Below, one piece after another: positions 10,601-24,040 of a stretch of 64,000 nucleotides of DNA. Every line of letters begins with the position of its first letter. Position 1 is the stretch's first letter. The notes beneath the pieces were generated by a model. It saw only the letters and a program-made list of their open reading frames with translations, searched no databases and was not told the DNA's origin. The stretch is from Octopus vulgaris (taxonomy: Eukaryota). The position numbers were made by a program, and so were the translations under genes. The stretch lies in NCBI GenBank assembly GCA_951406725.2, contig OX597818.1:26350001-26414000 (forward strand), read 5' to 3'.

Positions 10601-12048
10601 TGTTTCCTTTTTCGGCCAGCAGTTTTGAAGGGAAGGGGTTTAGTCAAAATCATCTACTCCATTTTTGACTGATAAGTTATTTTATTTACCCGTTTTGGAG
10701 GAATGAAAAGTAAAATTGACCTCGGCGATTTATGAAATCAACAACACATAAAGAGCCGAACAAAAAGCGCGAGGTGTCTTGTCCAACTCTAATGATTTTA
10801 CCAAACCATCTGTTTTTAATAATAATTTTGCCAATCTTTTGGTATTCGTACATGAGATCATTCACCCACTTAACCTTCCCTCATAACATAGAGAGGCTAG
10901 GCGCAAAAAGAGGGTGAATGACGTCGTCTCCTCATACCGATATTTTGGAGACCAATACCTAAGGATCGCCATAATTTTTAAGATAGGGCACAAGACCAGC
11001 AAATTTGAGTAAAATATGTTAGTTGAAAAGATTCTTATATTGTTTTATTTCACCGACTCCGGAAAGACGAAGGCAAAATTGACTTCGGCAGGCTCGAAAC
11101 AAATATCACAAGGTATTTTGTTTGACGATCCATAAAATTTCTTTTTGTTGGGTATAGGTACAACCGATTATAACATATAATACCATTAAAACAATAATGG
11201 AGGGGTGGTGAAAAACGGCAGCAGTAAAAACAGTTAAAGATGTTCACAAGAGTATAAACTTACACTACTCTTGTTAAGTGAAAGTAAGTAGATATGTAAT
11301 ACATATATAGTATATATAGCTCCTTACTTAGATAAATATAGTTACTGCTAGGCAAGCATGCAAAGGTAATTTCAAGTCAAGTGTATATACAAATATATGA
11401 ATACATACGTACGTACGAAACAATGAGTAATAACTTTATGTCCCTATACTATTTTGGTCGTGAAGAATTCTTCACCAAGACTAAATATGGTTTTACCGTC
11501 TCGCTTTTTTCTCTTTTTTTTTTTCTTCTTTTGATTGTTTTTAATAAAGATTACTTTCTGATGGTCTTTGTGTATAATATTTCTCTTACTACTTGTATCC
11601 CTTCTACTGTTCATTTTATGTAACTACACAATAAGTTTAGAAGAAGAATATGAAAATATAAACGCGCGCGCGCACACACCTCTTCATGCAAATATGTATA
11701 TAACTAGAATATCCGACATTGACCCAAAACTAACACCGCGTATATGGTGGCTAATTTTTTGAATGACAAGCATCGTAATTCTGCATAAATTTATTATATC
11801 AAACATCTTTTATAATTGTAACAGAACTACACAGCTTCGTGATATCAAAATAGCCACCCAGCCGGGTGAGTTAATAGGGGTTTTAGTCGAACAAATCGAC
11901 ATTTATTAAACCTAGTACTTATTCTATTATTCTCTTTTACTGAACTGCTATATTATGGGGACATAAAGGCACCAACACCGGTTGAATTGCACTCCGCTTG
12001 TAAGCTTCTTCTTCGAGTTCCAGATCCTTAAGACTACAGAAATAATTG

Positions 12049-12456
12049 GGATCTTTTCGGTTTGAACGGCAGTTTTTTCTAGCGGTGTCATATGAAATTG
12101 TCATTTCAATCTGTTTTATGGTTAGGATTAGGGGTGGGGGGAAGGGTATCTTTTTTTCTTCAGAAATGTAAATAAACCCAATCTGTTTCTTAAACGAGGG
12201 ACATATTCATACGGCACAGAATGTTTTTTTTTTTACCTCAGTAGACGTCATTGATTGGTTGAAAGTGCAGAAATTGAAGAAAAACAACAACAAATATCTT
12301 ACAAACTATAGAATTTTTCACAATAAAGCCAAGAGAAAAAGATGTTTTATAGGCGATCGCCGTTTTATAAACACATTCTACCAGTATACGAAGTTTAAAA
12401 GTGTTTAGTTACGTGGAAATTATTTTAAAAAACTGCCGTTCGAACCGAAAAGATCC
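12049..12456. mobile_element. Merlin-like MITE
   Basis: TIR ggatcttttcggtttgaacggcagtttt / aaaactgccgttcgaaccgaaaagatcc, GG termini, and an 8-bp flank repeat aataattg/aagaattg. Confidence 0.75.
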
Positions 12457-12697
12457 AAGAATTGTAATGTTAGAAGGAGATACTCCACAGGTATCACAAG
12501 CCTTCAATTCCATTATAGATGTTTGTTTCACTTCGATACATACAGGTTTAATTTAATATGGTATTTGATAAAGAAGAAGATGGAGAGGGTTTTTTTTTAT
12601 TTTAAACAGATAACCATCAATTTATTAACATATTTACACTTGTCGCAATTGTTTCCATATCCACTCTCATTCAACTTACAAATTTATAAATAAAAAA

Positions 12698-13316
12698 TGT
12701 ATTTTGAAAATTGCGAGGTAAATGTTTCTTCAAGGCGCAAAATTGACACAAAAAGAAATTACGTCTTGATTGAGTGTTCTTTAACAGACCAAACACATCA
12801 ACATGCGTATATTTATATGTGCGTGTTAATATTTTTAGAAACAAAGGAGACCTTATATGTGTATATGCTTTTTTGTTTTTATTTTTGTATGCGTGTGTAT
12901 GTTAACGTGAATAAACTCTGTTGTTTTTTCAATTAGATCCTTCATGAATTCCTTTTTGAGTGGAAACATTTTTGTTTTTAAAAATATTAACAGGCATATG
13001 CACACATGAATATACGAATGTTGATATGTTTAGTCTGCTGAGGAACACTCAATATCCATTAGAGAGGTTTCCCAGTGCCTTCAACTTCAACCCAAGGGGG
13101 TGAATTGTTTTGTTTTTTGTTTCTTTTTTCTGTTTAATTTTTTTTCAATTGTGTTCTCTGTGTTGTCCAATTTTCTAATTTAATTTTGTAAAATGGTAAA
13201 CATTGTGAAGGCAATAAAATTCAAGAAATTTTTTAAAAAATCAATTAAGACGTAATTTCTTTTTGTGTCAATTTTGTACCTTGAAGAAATTTTTACTTTG
13301 CAATTTTCAAAATGCA
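12698..13316. mobile_element. MITE-like element with ~76-bp imperfect TIRs
   Basis: 12698-12773 is an imperfect reverse complement of 13241-13316. Confidence 0.7.
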
Positions 13317-13319
13317 AAC

Positions 13320-15350
13320 TGGACATGCAACCGATGTTACTTCAGCTCTGGCATTCTTAGTGGGACGGAACCTTACTCTGAAGTCCAGATCCCTCCAGGG
13401 TTTGTCCAAGCTGAAGCTCATCAATCAAAATCTTAAGGTTGCTTGGACGTGTTTTGTCTGCGTTCTCTCGAAACTGCTGAAGAACGTCTGCCTACCCAAC
13501 AACACCTCGGATTGGCAGAAACTGTTCCCTTTGGTCTCCCTCCACGTGACAAATGGGAATATCGGATCCCTCACTTCTTCCCTGAAACGGCAGTTTAAGC
13601 TGTTCAAATCTATCCCAGCCACTATTCATCTCAGGTCGGTCAAAAGCTCAACCTCGAACAATGGTTGACCACAACTTCAAGAATGCCATTGATACCAAAT
13701 TCAGCAAATTTGACATTAAATGGGTTGTTTGGCTTCTTTCCTCTCTGTCCTCCCTCACCCTGTGTACCACAGACCCCCTCAACCTACCAAAGGAGAAACA
13801 TTCTCTGGCCCTACCAGATGATCACCTACACTGACCCAACCCACCAAGTTTTCTACATCCCATCTTCACCCCTGACAATGTCAGGAGGGCAATTGCTTCT
13901 TTTCCAGCAGGTTCTGGTGCTGGGATTGATGTCTTGCGACCTCAGTATCTCAAGGGTGGCATCTCCCTGTCAGCTGGTGATGCTGGGCTCGAACTCTTGG
14001 AGAACCTAACACAGTTCATAAACTTGTTCTCATCCGAGAATGTTCTTGCCTACATTCGTCCCCTGTTCTTTGGGATCAAACTATTTGGTCTCATCAAGCC
14101 CAACGGTGACTTCCACCCCATAGCAGTTGGTTGTACTCTGCGACGGTTCACAGTAAAAGTGTGCCTGTCCCCAGTTTCTAACTGCCTGGCTGAGGAAATT
14201 TCCCCTATTCAGCAAGGAGTGGGTACTAAGCTAGGGTGTGAGGCTGCTGCTCAGGCCAATAGGGCTTTCACCAACTTGCCCTCTGAGTCCCAAAAGGTCA
14301 TCCTCAAACTTGACCTTAAGAATGCTTTTAACTCCATCAGTCGAGATGTCATCCTCCACTCAGTAAGAGAGAATTCCCCACCACTTTATTACTTTGCTTG
14401 GCAGGCCTATCAGGAACCCTCCTACTTCTCGATTGGTGACCACCTTATCCCATCTACCTCTGGAATCTAAGAGGGTGATCCACTTGGTCCGCCTTATTTG
14501 TATTGGGTATTGGTGGTGTTACCAAGATAGGAGCCGACCTAGACCTAAATGTCTGACACCTCGATGATTGTTTGGGAGGCCCTCCTGACAAGGTGCTTGC
14601 AACTGCGAGGACGCTGATCGAGAAACCTGGTCATACAGATCTTAGTGTTAACACCTCCAAATAGGAGCTCTGGCTCCTCAACCATCCAGCTTCACATGAG
14701 CAAACTACTAGGCTACTTGTTGAATCCATCTCCTCAATTGCAATTCCTTCTTCATCAGCATGGTGCTTCTTCGGAGTCCCAATTACTGACCTAGCTTTCA
14801 AGTCCATCTTTTGATCCAAAATGGTTAACCTTGAATAACATTTTAAAAAACTTCAAATAATTGAGTCCCACCAAGGTTTTTTTATACTTAGGAATTACTT
14901 GTCAATTCCTAAGCTCTTGTATTTTCTGAGAGTTAGTCCCTCTTACAGATTCCTGTCGTCTCTCCATTACTTTGATGACCTAATCTTCAGGGAACTAAAA
15001 TGCCTTTCAATACCAAATTCTCCCCAGGCTCCCGCGATCAAGCTGCTTTGCCCAAATGGTTTGGGGGTCTAGGTCTGCACAAGTGCTTGTCTTTATCTCT
15101 TCTTTGTTTTCTTTTTTCTATTTATGCTTGCTCCCCTTTGGTAGGCAACATCCTCTCCTCTCCAACATAAACTAATTCCAACAGGGAGATGGCTGAAGCT
15201 CTATCACAATGGAGAGAGAGTTGGGTTTGTCAGTTCCGGTTACAGTGGAGGATAGTCGTAAACAGAGTATAGGACAATCTGTGTTCAGGTTCCACTTTCA
15301 ACTCTCTCCTCAATCAATCTGATCAATTTTCAAGGTGTCACCTACTTTCA
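13320..15350 (+). mobile_element. CRE-clade non-LTR retrotransposon RT relic
   Basis: SGAGIDVLRPQYLK, LFGLIKPNGDFHPIAVGCTLRRF, QQGVGTKLGCEAA, LKLDLKNAFNSISR and SGI*EGDPLGP; the frame is broken. Confidence 0.75.
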
Positions 15351-15351
15351 G

Positions 15352-15638
15352 CTCGGAATCTTGGGGTTAGTATCCCGCACTCTTAACCACTATGCAATAT
15401 GCCTGTGCATATGGCGTAGTGTGGGCTACTAACCCCAAGATTCCGAGTTCTATTCCAGACAGTGACCTGAACAATAATAATAACAACAACATTGAAAAAT
15501 ACCTTAGGAATGAGAATCCAGGTTCGAAATTTCCCCAAGACACCTGATGAAGGCTGGAGGGTATATCAGCCAAAACGTTGTGTTAACAACAAATAAGACG
15601 AGGACAAATATCCGTCAATTGTAAATAATGTAAATAAC
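15352..15638 (+). mobile_element. tRNA-derived SINE with inverted head duplication and hammerhead-like 3' part
   Basis: A-box tggcgtagtg and B-box gagttctattcc. 15352-15402 is an inverted copy of the head. HHR motif at 15539-15584. Confidence 0.7.
15539..15584 (+). ncRNA. Minimal hammerhead ribozyme, GAAA mutated to AAAA in this copy
   Basis: gacac CTGATGA aggctg-gagggtatat-cagcc AAAA cg TT gtgtt. Confidence 0.55.
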
Positions 15639-16439
15639 ATTCACTAGGTTAACTCTATTCATAAATATTTTAATTAGGAGTATTTCTTAAACCGTTAGCT
15701 TCACATTTCAACAGTTTAACTGAAATTTAGCTCACGTAACAGGAATTGAGCGGGATATCATGGAACAAAGAAACTGTGGGTGATACAGATAATTTGACAT
15801 TATTTTTTAATTCTGCATGCAAAAACATCTAAGATACAGGTATTCTTTTCCTTGGGACAAATTCATTGTTGACCATTGTTATTCTTATTGTAGTTTACAA
15901 ATCAAAGCATGAAAACATTACTCAACTTTGGAGTTTTGGAGACAGATGTCCCTTTTCACACATATACACATGTACTTATATTAATGATGTATATAAATAC
16001 ATGGCAGGTATACATAATACTGAAGTACACAAAAAGTAAATACATGCTGACAAATATATTAATATAACAAATTTTTTAAAATAATAAAAACATATAATCA
16101 ATGAAGAGACAATAGAAATGGTAAGATGATATATGTTGATTTTATTAGGTATTTCTGTTTATTCAGAAACCTGCAATGAATAGGTCAGACACTAAACAAT
16201 AAATTTCACAGGGTACATCCCAAAAGTTGACACAGCTTTGCTGAGCGCAGAAAATTTCTGTCTCACTATTGGCTAAAAATACCCAGTTTTTATTTTGATT
16301 TTTAAACCTCTGTAACTTTTTTTTCAATTTTTTTTTTCTCTCCACATCATACCATCAAAGCAATGAGATTGGAAGGCTACATTATTATAGCCAATTTTCA
16401 AATTCTTTTACTCCCTTTTAAAAAATGCAGATTTTGCAA

Positions 16440-17720
16440 ATGAAAACAACTAGATCCCCTTTCTTTTATTTATTTTTACTTGCATCTTTTGTGAGTGAGT
16501 GTGTGAGTGATTGACAGATTGAGGTGTGTTGTTGGAAAGAAAGGGAGAGAAAATGTGTGTGTGTGTGTGAGAGAGAGCATAAATTTTATTTACTTTTTCA
16601 CATCTTTAGTGAGTGCGTGTTTGACAGAGAGAGAGAGTGAGAGAGATGTCTGTGTGTTGTCAGAGAGAGAGAGAATGTTTGTCTTGCTCTGTGTGTGTGT
16701 GAGAGAGGGAGATTGATAGCGTAAATTTTTTTATTCATTTAATTTTTCTTGCATCTTTTTTAGAGTGAGTGATTGACTGAGAGAGAGGGAGGTGTTGTCA
16801 TGTATGTTTAAAATGGGTAGGATCAATCACACACACTCAAACACACGTATACCCATTATCTGCCATTAACATGTACATACATAAATACATATGCATATAC
16901 TCTCTTTTACTTGTTTCAGTCATTTGACTGCGGCCATGCTGGAGCACCGCCTTTAATCGAGCAACTTGACCCCGGGACTTATTCTTTTGTAAGCCTAGTA
17001 CTTATTCTATCGGTCTCTTTTTGCCGAACCGCTAAGTAACGGGGACATAAACACACCAACATCAGTTGTCAAGCAACACATATATATATATATACATATA
17101 TACGACGGGCTTCTTTCAGTTTCCGTCTCACAAGGCTTTGGTCGGCCCGAGGCTATAGTAGAAGACACTTGCCCAAGGTGCCACGCAGTGGGACTGAACC
17201 CAGAACCATGTGGTTGGTAAACAAGCTACTTACCACACAGCCACTCCTACGCCTATATGTGTTTCTCAGGCAAATGAGCATTTTTAAATTTAAAAATGGT
17301 GTCTCACACACACAGCAACACACTCTCTCCCTCTCTCACTCACACACAAAGCATGATGCACCTCTCTCTCTCTCTCTCTTAGTCAAACTAAAAAAGATGC
17401 AAGAAAAAGTAAATAAATAAAATTTATGCTCTCTCCTTCTCTCTCTGTCTCACACATACAGCGATACACACTTTCTCTTTCTCTCTCTCTTTCCAACAAC
17501 ACACCTCTCTCTCTCTCAGTCAATCACACACTCAAAAAAGATGTGAGGAAAAATAAATAAAAAATGTATGCTGTTCTCTCCTTCACACACACACACCAAA
17601 ATACATCTATTGTCTCTCTCTCTTTCTTTCTCTCTTTCTCTTTCTCTCTCACATACACAACACACACTTTCTTGCACCCCACCATCAACACATGCACATG
17701 TCCCTGTCAATTTTCTCTCT
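16440..17720. repeat. Imperfect microsatellite-rich foldback (arms ~16440-16800 and ~17290-17720)
   Basis: Modules atttatttttacttgcatctttt..gagtgattgac are mirrored by gtcaatcacacactc..aaaagatgc..aaataaataaa. Confidence 0.55.
16905..17250 (-). mobile_element. tRNA-derived CORE-like SINE, near full length
   Basis: Minus-strand head aggagtggctgtgtggtaag..ggttcagtcccac, then accttgggcaagtg. Confidence 0.85.
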
Positions 17721-18245
17721 CTTTCACTTTATGCTGACTTCAAACAAAATGTGCATTTCCAGCCACAGAAATAAATAAATTTACCAGACACCACATTGTA
17801 ACAGCTGAGCTGTGCACACATGCCTTTGAGTCGAAACAAAAGATTGCCGGAAACAGTTGTGGCAAGTGTAAATTGACAATATGCTAATGAATTGATAGTT
17901 ATCTGTTAAAAAACTCTCCATCTGGTCTCCTTTATCAAATACTATATTAAATTATATCTATATATATCAAAATGAAACAAATATCTATAAAAAGTACGGT
18001 GCCCGTTTTAATAGAATTCATCAGACATTCTATCTCACTAGTGGACCTAATATGGAGACTAAAAGAGGATGGAATAAAATATAGAATGCACACTCGTATG
18101 ATACTTTATCTAGAAATTGCCATCTGTGTTTGGAGGAATCCTTGTGCATTTTATAGAGTGAGGTAACCTTAATCAGCAGATGCATGCGTGGGCATGCGTT
18201 ATCAGGGTATTCATTAAACTTGACTACGCTTTGGTAGAGGAAAAA

Positions 18246-19029
18246 GATCTTTTCTGTTCAGCTGTCAGCATTAATTTCTGTTCAAATTGATTTCATATTC
18301 AGTGTAATGATACACTTTTATAGGCTAATGAATGACATGAAAATCATTTTCACTATAAATCAATAAATAAAGTATTATCAGAAATTAAAATTTGAAAATT
18401 TTGGGTAATCTCAGCCAATTGTAAACCACAGACACATTCATGCCTGTTTCCATTGTAACAAGCGGAACATGAGAACTTTTTTGTCTGCAAGAAAGCATGA
18501 GTTAATAAATATATTAAAACCACTTGTTTTACCTATCTGTTGACAATTGAGCTTGTGGGTCATGAGATATGAAAATTGTAATTTGTTCAAGAAATAGATC
18601 GTTTTCAATGAACTGGTCAACAAAATGCTTGTTTTTTAAAAAAAATATTTAATTTGTAATGTGCTATTTTGTTTTTCGATAAATCTTTTAAGTTTGTGCT
18701 ATCGCATTAAATGTATATTGAATGCTTAAAACTACAAAAGACGTGTTGTTTACCAGTTTCTTGCATGTGGAATACAAATATTGACATCGTGTTATTTTCA
18801 GGATGTCAACAACAAAAATGTGCAGTCACACAAAATGACAGCTCCCAAATCCTGTTTTCTGATTGGGTGAAAATGATCAAATTTTAAACTTCTATAACTT
18901 TTTAAAAACCATTTTTCTAGAAAAAGTGAAATAACCCCTGCAATTCAACTTTGAAAAGTACATTAATGTGCCAAATTTTAAAATAAACTTTAATTTTTGA
19001 AATGTAGGCAGCCAAACAGAAAAGATTCG
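18246..19029. mobile_element. Merlin-like MITE (old)
   Basis: Ends gatcttttctgttcagctg / ggcagccaaacagaaaagattc, related to the TIR at 12049. Confidence 0.5.
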
Positions 19030-20609
19030 ACACTAACTGAAATATAAAAAGTCGTTTTCGGCATTGTAATAGTCATCATCGTCACAGCATAATTTATTAT
19101 TTTCAGTCTATTTTGTATTTGCCATAGGGAGAAGGAAACACAAATTAAAATCTTACAAGGGGAAACAACCCATAGAAATAATTATAATAGGAACTTCCTT
19201 CACCAGTAATAAAATAAATTTGAGCATTCGTCGTATTAACTTGAGCAATAGTTATAGATAACTGTTACAATTGAGTTTTAAATAGTGGTGTAGATAGAAA
19301 CTGGAAGTTCATATTCTGCCATCACTACTGTATTATGCACATGACGAAGAAATTTAACTATGTAAGAATAGAATGGTCTTCTGTGCTAGATAAAAAGCTC
19401 TATTGTAAAAGTGATGTTTCACTTGCTCATAATGCCATATACAATATCTTCTTGCGATCTGGGGTTGTACAAGACGCTCTAACAACATAGGTATTGTTTG
19501 AAGTCAATCAACATTTCTCTAGAATTGAGAATATAGACGATAAGAATAAGAATTAAGAATATAGACGAAGAGAATAAGATAATAGTCGTCATTTTGAAAC
19601 ATCAAAAGACAACCATTTGTATATAAGGAAAGTTGTAGTTGTTTGCCCCAAGTCAGCCCTGATTGGGTAGATATACGATTAAAGGCATTCCAGTTAGCTA
19701 GAGCAGTCTCTCTCCACCTCAGATATAGTGCACCCTGCATTACATTATTCAATGGGTTCTTAGTTTAGATCGTAGAGTTTGCTTGAACGATGCCGGTCAA
19801 GTCTCCCTCATTGGCTCGTTTAAAACAATATTTGTTTGCAGTCTCAGCGCATAGTTTGAACTCATGTTCTCAAATATATCAGATGCAACCACCGACAGTC
19901 TTTTATGTACAAGCTGACTTGAATTTAGAGATCTTGGTAAACAAAATCTACACCCGATCATATGAAGAGATTATGATATTATAGTGACTGAATACCTTTT
20001 ACAGAAATCCATACAGATCAAAAACGATTATTAAATTCCATAAAAAGAAATAAATTGAAGGTCAGTCTCTTTGCCACGTCGTCATACACCCATTTCTTTA
20101 ATAAACGAATAATTGCTTTGCTGACAATAATGAAATATCTCTACTGGAAACTATATCAAACACCACAAAGTAAGGGAGGTAACTCTTCAATCATTCTAAT
20201 AAATTCATAACGACTATCAGATTAATTAATTGCAGGGATTACATGTCTGAGACAATATTGTTTAAAATGAATTTTTTGAAAAAGAAAATGGCCATTAATT
20301 GGATAAAATCGTGTTGGTATGCGAAAAAAAGTTATTTTGACTACATCATCTCCTGTTTTTAAAATGCGGATAATTTTACAACTAGTTATTGGCTACTACA
20401 AGAGTAATGCACCTTGAATAATACAACTATAATTGATTCATAACCTTTGCGCACAACTCAAAATTTCCCATTTCAAGATCCTACTCTAGCAGAAACACCT
20501 CGCAAGTAAATTCTTAGAGTTAGCTTTGAACATTAATAAAGTAAATGGAACAGATCAGAGTTGATGTCAACAAAAGACCTCATACATTCACACACACACA
20601 CACACATAC

Positions 20610-21328
20610 CTGATGCACACAAGGGAAAAAGATGCAGTAAAAGCCGTAAACTGATGTAGAATTTGTGGAGTTCACACTGAAGATATCACACACATCATAA
20701 GCAGTTGTCTGAAAATGTCATCACAGTATTATCTACTGATGAGACATGATGTTTTAGCTAGGACACTCTATAATGAAATCCGTTGGAAGGATAATCCTGA
20801 GGACAAAGAAATAAGAACCTACAATATGGTAGAAGCAATAGCCACTCATAATAAAAAGGAATACTGGTGGAATGTACCAGTGAAGACCTCAATAAAACAG
20901 ACCTGATATGATTTGGGATAGAGAAGACAAACTGTTAACAGTTGTGGAAATTAGCTGCCCACCGGATGTTAACATAAAGCTGAAGATCAGTGAAAAAGGG
21001 AACACCTATGCTGGATTATTGAGAAATCTGCAGTTACTCTATCCAGATTACATGTTCAGGTTTATACCTGTAATTATCGGGGCCCTAGGATATGTAAAAC
21101 ACTGCCTAAATACCAATCTTGAGAAATTAGGCTTTGCAAACCAGAAAGAGAAAGCTAATTCAAAGACTACAGATTTAATCCATCACTGGAACTGTAAAAG
21201 TCTGTAAAACTTTCCAGAAGTTTATCATTTAAATATATATGAGCATGTCTAGATATGTAACTATATGCATGAGAATACACACATAAAATATACAAGCATA
21301 CAAATCTGCACATACATAATACATACAT

Positions 21329-21368
<40 letters not shown>

Positions 21369-21515
21369 ATACATTCATACATACATTCATACGTACATAT
21401 ATACATACATACGAACAGAAATTCTCCTGTTGTTGATGTTGAAGGAGCCTTGGATCTAGGTTAGAAACCGGTGTTTTCTCTATTGACAAGAAATCTTGAA
21501 ATAAACTGTATAATG
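20610..21515 (+). mobile_element. R4/Dong-like LINE 3' fragment (RLE endonuclease + 3' UTR)
   Basis: CRIC..EDITHIISSC..RHD CCHC-type motif; VVEISCP..EK..Y..FIPVIIGALG. Confidence 0.75.
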
Positions 21516-21914
21516 ACATACACCCACCCACCCATCCAAACCCACCCATCCACCCATCTATCCATCCATCCACCCACCCATCCATCCATCCATCCTATTA
21601 GTGGCACTGTGAAGATTTGTAAGACATTCAGAAATTTCTCCATGTGAGATTCCTATGTGAATAGATGCACACACACTTTGGTGTATGCATTGACAGTTCA
21701 ACCAACATTCCAAATGAACCACATATTCAAAAACACTGGGAACTTTCTTGACTCAAAAAGCCTTGTCGCTTTGTTAGTGACAAGTTTGAACTCTTTCAAG
21801 AAGAACTTAGATAAAGCTCAAAGAAAAATCATACATACATGTGTGTGTGTGTATACATATATATATGCATGTATTTATGTAGATATATAAGTACATTCCT
21901 GAAATACTGGTATT

Positions 21915-22700
21915 GATGTTTTCACCTTCATATCCCACAACCTGAATACTTCAATTTTGAAGTCTTTGTGCTTGGACAGTTTATTCACTTCTTTTTGGAC
22001 AATATTTAGGTCAGAAGGGACTGTAATGTCTATCAGTAAGCAGGTGTTTTTTTTCAATCCTTAATTATTATGCCTGGGTGATTAGCTTTTAATTCCTTTG
22101 TCAGTTTGAATGGGTACATTCCAGATGATTGTGGCCTGGTCATTGTCATGTACCTTGTTTAGCACATGTTTATACCATTTCTTGTCTGTTTTTATGTTGT
22201 AGTGTTGGCATATTGTTCAGTGAATATAATTACTTACATGGTCATGTCTGTATTTATATTCAGATTTGGCAAAGACTGGACAGCCAGAAATGATGTGGTC
22301 AACTGTCTCATTGTGCTGGTTGCACATTCTGCATTTGGTATTAGGGCCTATTTTTAATTCATTATTTTTATAGTTGTTTGTGGTCAGGCATTGATCATGT
22401 GCAGTGAGAACCAGTCCTTCCATTTCAGCTTTTAGTCCAGAACTTTTGAGCCATTGTCAGCTTTTACTAAGACACACCTCTTCTCAGTCAAGCCTTGCAG
22501 AGTCTTGGTCATGGAGTGATTTTTCTCTCCATTTCTTCTTTAGTTTGTTTTATAGTCCTGTTAGTATGTTTTATAACTTTTGTTGTTTCTTTGTTTCCTT
22601 CATAGTTGTTAGGTACTATGACTTCTTTCTGATTTTTGTGTTTTGCTCATGTTTTGTTGCTATTTGTACCAGTTTTCCTTGTTTCTGAATTAAATATTTC
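21915..22700 (-). mobile_element. R4/Dong-like LINE fragment
   Basis: EGLVLTAHDQCLTT..KCRMCNQHNETVDHIISGC..YKYRHD; CLLIDITVPSD..KEVNKLSKH. Confidence 0.8.
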
Positions 22701-22979
22701 TGAAATCCTATGGTGGTTATTTTATAGTAGTTTATTATTATTATTATTATTGGCAGAATCATTAGCATGCCGGGCAAAATGTTTTCCAGCATTTCTTCTG
22801 GATTTACTTTCTGAGTTCAAATTCCACCAAGGTCAATTTGCTTTCCATCTCTCCAGTGTCAATAAAATAAAGAACTAGTCTACTACTTGGAACAATGGTA
22901 ATGACTTAATCCTCCCTTCATAACTGCAGGCATTGTGCCTAAATCAGAAAGAACCGATCCTATATGCTATAGATCTTTC

Positions 22980-23700
22980 TTCCAATTTGACCTGGGCACA
23001 ATGTAGTGATGGATTGTTGACAGGCAACTCAAGTTGGCTGTGGCAAGTGCACCACTATACATTTTGGGAGGAAAAAGACCTGAGATTTATGTACTCCCTT
23101 CACAACACCAATCTTAAGAAGCTGGTTAATAAATATAACTTAGGTATTATTGTCAACAATAATCTGCATTAGATTAACCATATTTGTAAATTCATTGAAA
23201 AGGTTGAAGGCATCTTAGCATTACACAGTAAGACTTTGTCAGTTGTTTGCTAGCAATCTATTATTTGAAGTTCTCTATGGCTATAGTACCTCCACACTTA
23301 CAGTTTGTATCACCAGTCTGGAATACCCATTTTGTCTAGAATATTGATCTACTTGAAGCTCTACAAACAAGTACCCTCTATATGTGACTTACCATATCTT
23401 GAATGTCTTGCTTCCCTCGATGTTGACACACTAAAGCATCAACAGATAGAAATCCACAAGATTATTCACCATCTTTCAAACAAAAACTTTAGCCACCTTT
23501 TTTATTCAATATTTCTTTCATTGGTAGGATGCTTATAAAATAAAACAAAAAAGCAAAAACAAACTCAGCACCTATAACTTTTCAAAACCCTTTTACAACA
23601 TCAGAACTGTTGAAGCAATTCTGATGGTGAAAAGTGTCGTTAAATATCAAGATACTGTATCCTTCAAAGATTCCATGTTGCCTGAAATTCACTAACATTA
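22980..23700 (+). mobile_element. Decayed CR1-like LINE fragment
   Basis: LGIIVNNNL.., PHLQFVSPVWN-like and LPYLECLASL motifs. Confidence 0.45.
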
Positions 23701-23709
23701 CTCCAGTGT

Positions 23710-24040
23710 GAAGGTGCATGGCTCAGTGGTTAGAGTGTTGAGCTTATGATAGCGAGGTTGTGAGTTCAAATCCAGGACCAGGCTGCGTGTTGTATTCTTG
23801 AGCAAGACACTTTATTTCATGTTGCTCCAGTTCACTCAGCTGTAGAAATGAGCCGTGACATCACAGGTGCCAAACTGTATTGGCCTTTGCCTTTCCCTTG
23901 GATAACACTGGTGGCATGGAGAAGGGAGGCTGGTATGCATGGGTGACTGCTGGTCTTCCATAAACAACCTTGCCCAGACTTGTGCCTCGGAGGGTAACTT
24001 TCTAGGTGCAATACCACGGTCAGTCATGACCGAAGGGAGT
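23710..24040 (+). mobile_element. tRNA-derived SINE (second family)
   Basis: A/B boxes tggctcagtgg, gagttcaaatcc; cttgagcaagacact core. Related pieces at 24750, 46460 and 55650-56147. Confidence 0.75.

Noticed and set aside
13030-13075. ctgctgagg..tttccc hammerhead-like start
   Set aside because: Core deviates and no GAAA follows.
15407-15465. tRNA gene
   Set aside because: No acceptor stem and a deleted D-arm; it is a SINE head.
16163-20120. Possible exons of a host gene (16163-16345, 19790-19984)
   Set aside because: No recognisable domain or convincing splice-bounded frame; small exons cannot be excluded by eye.
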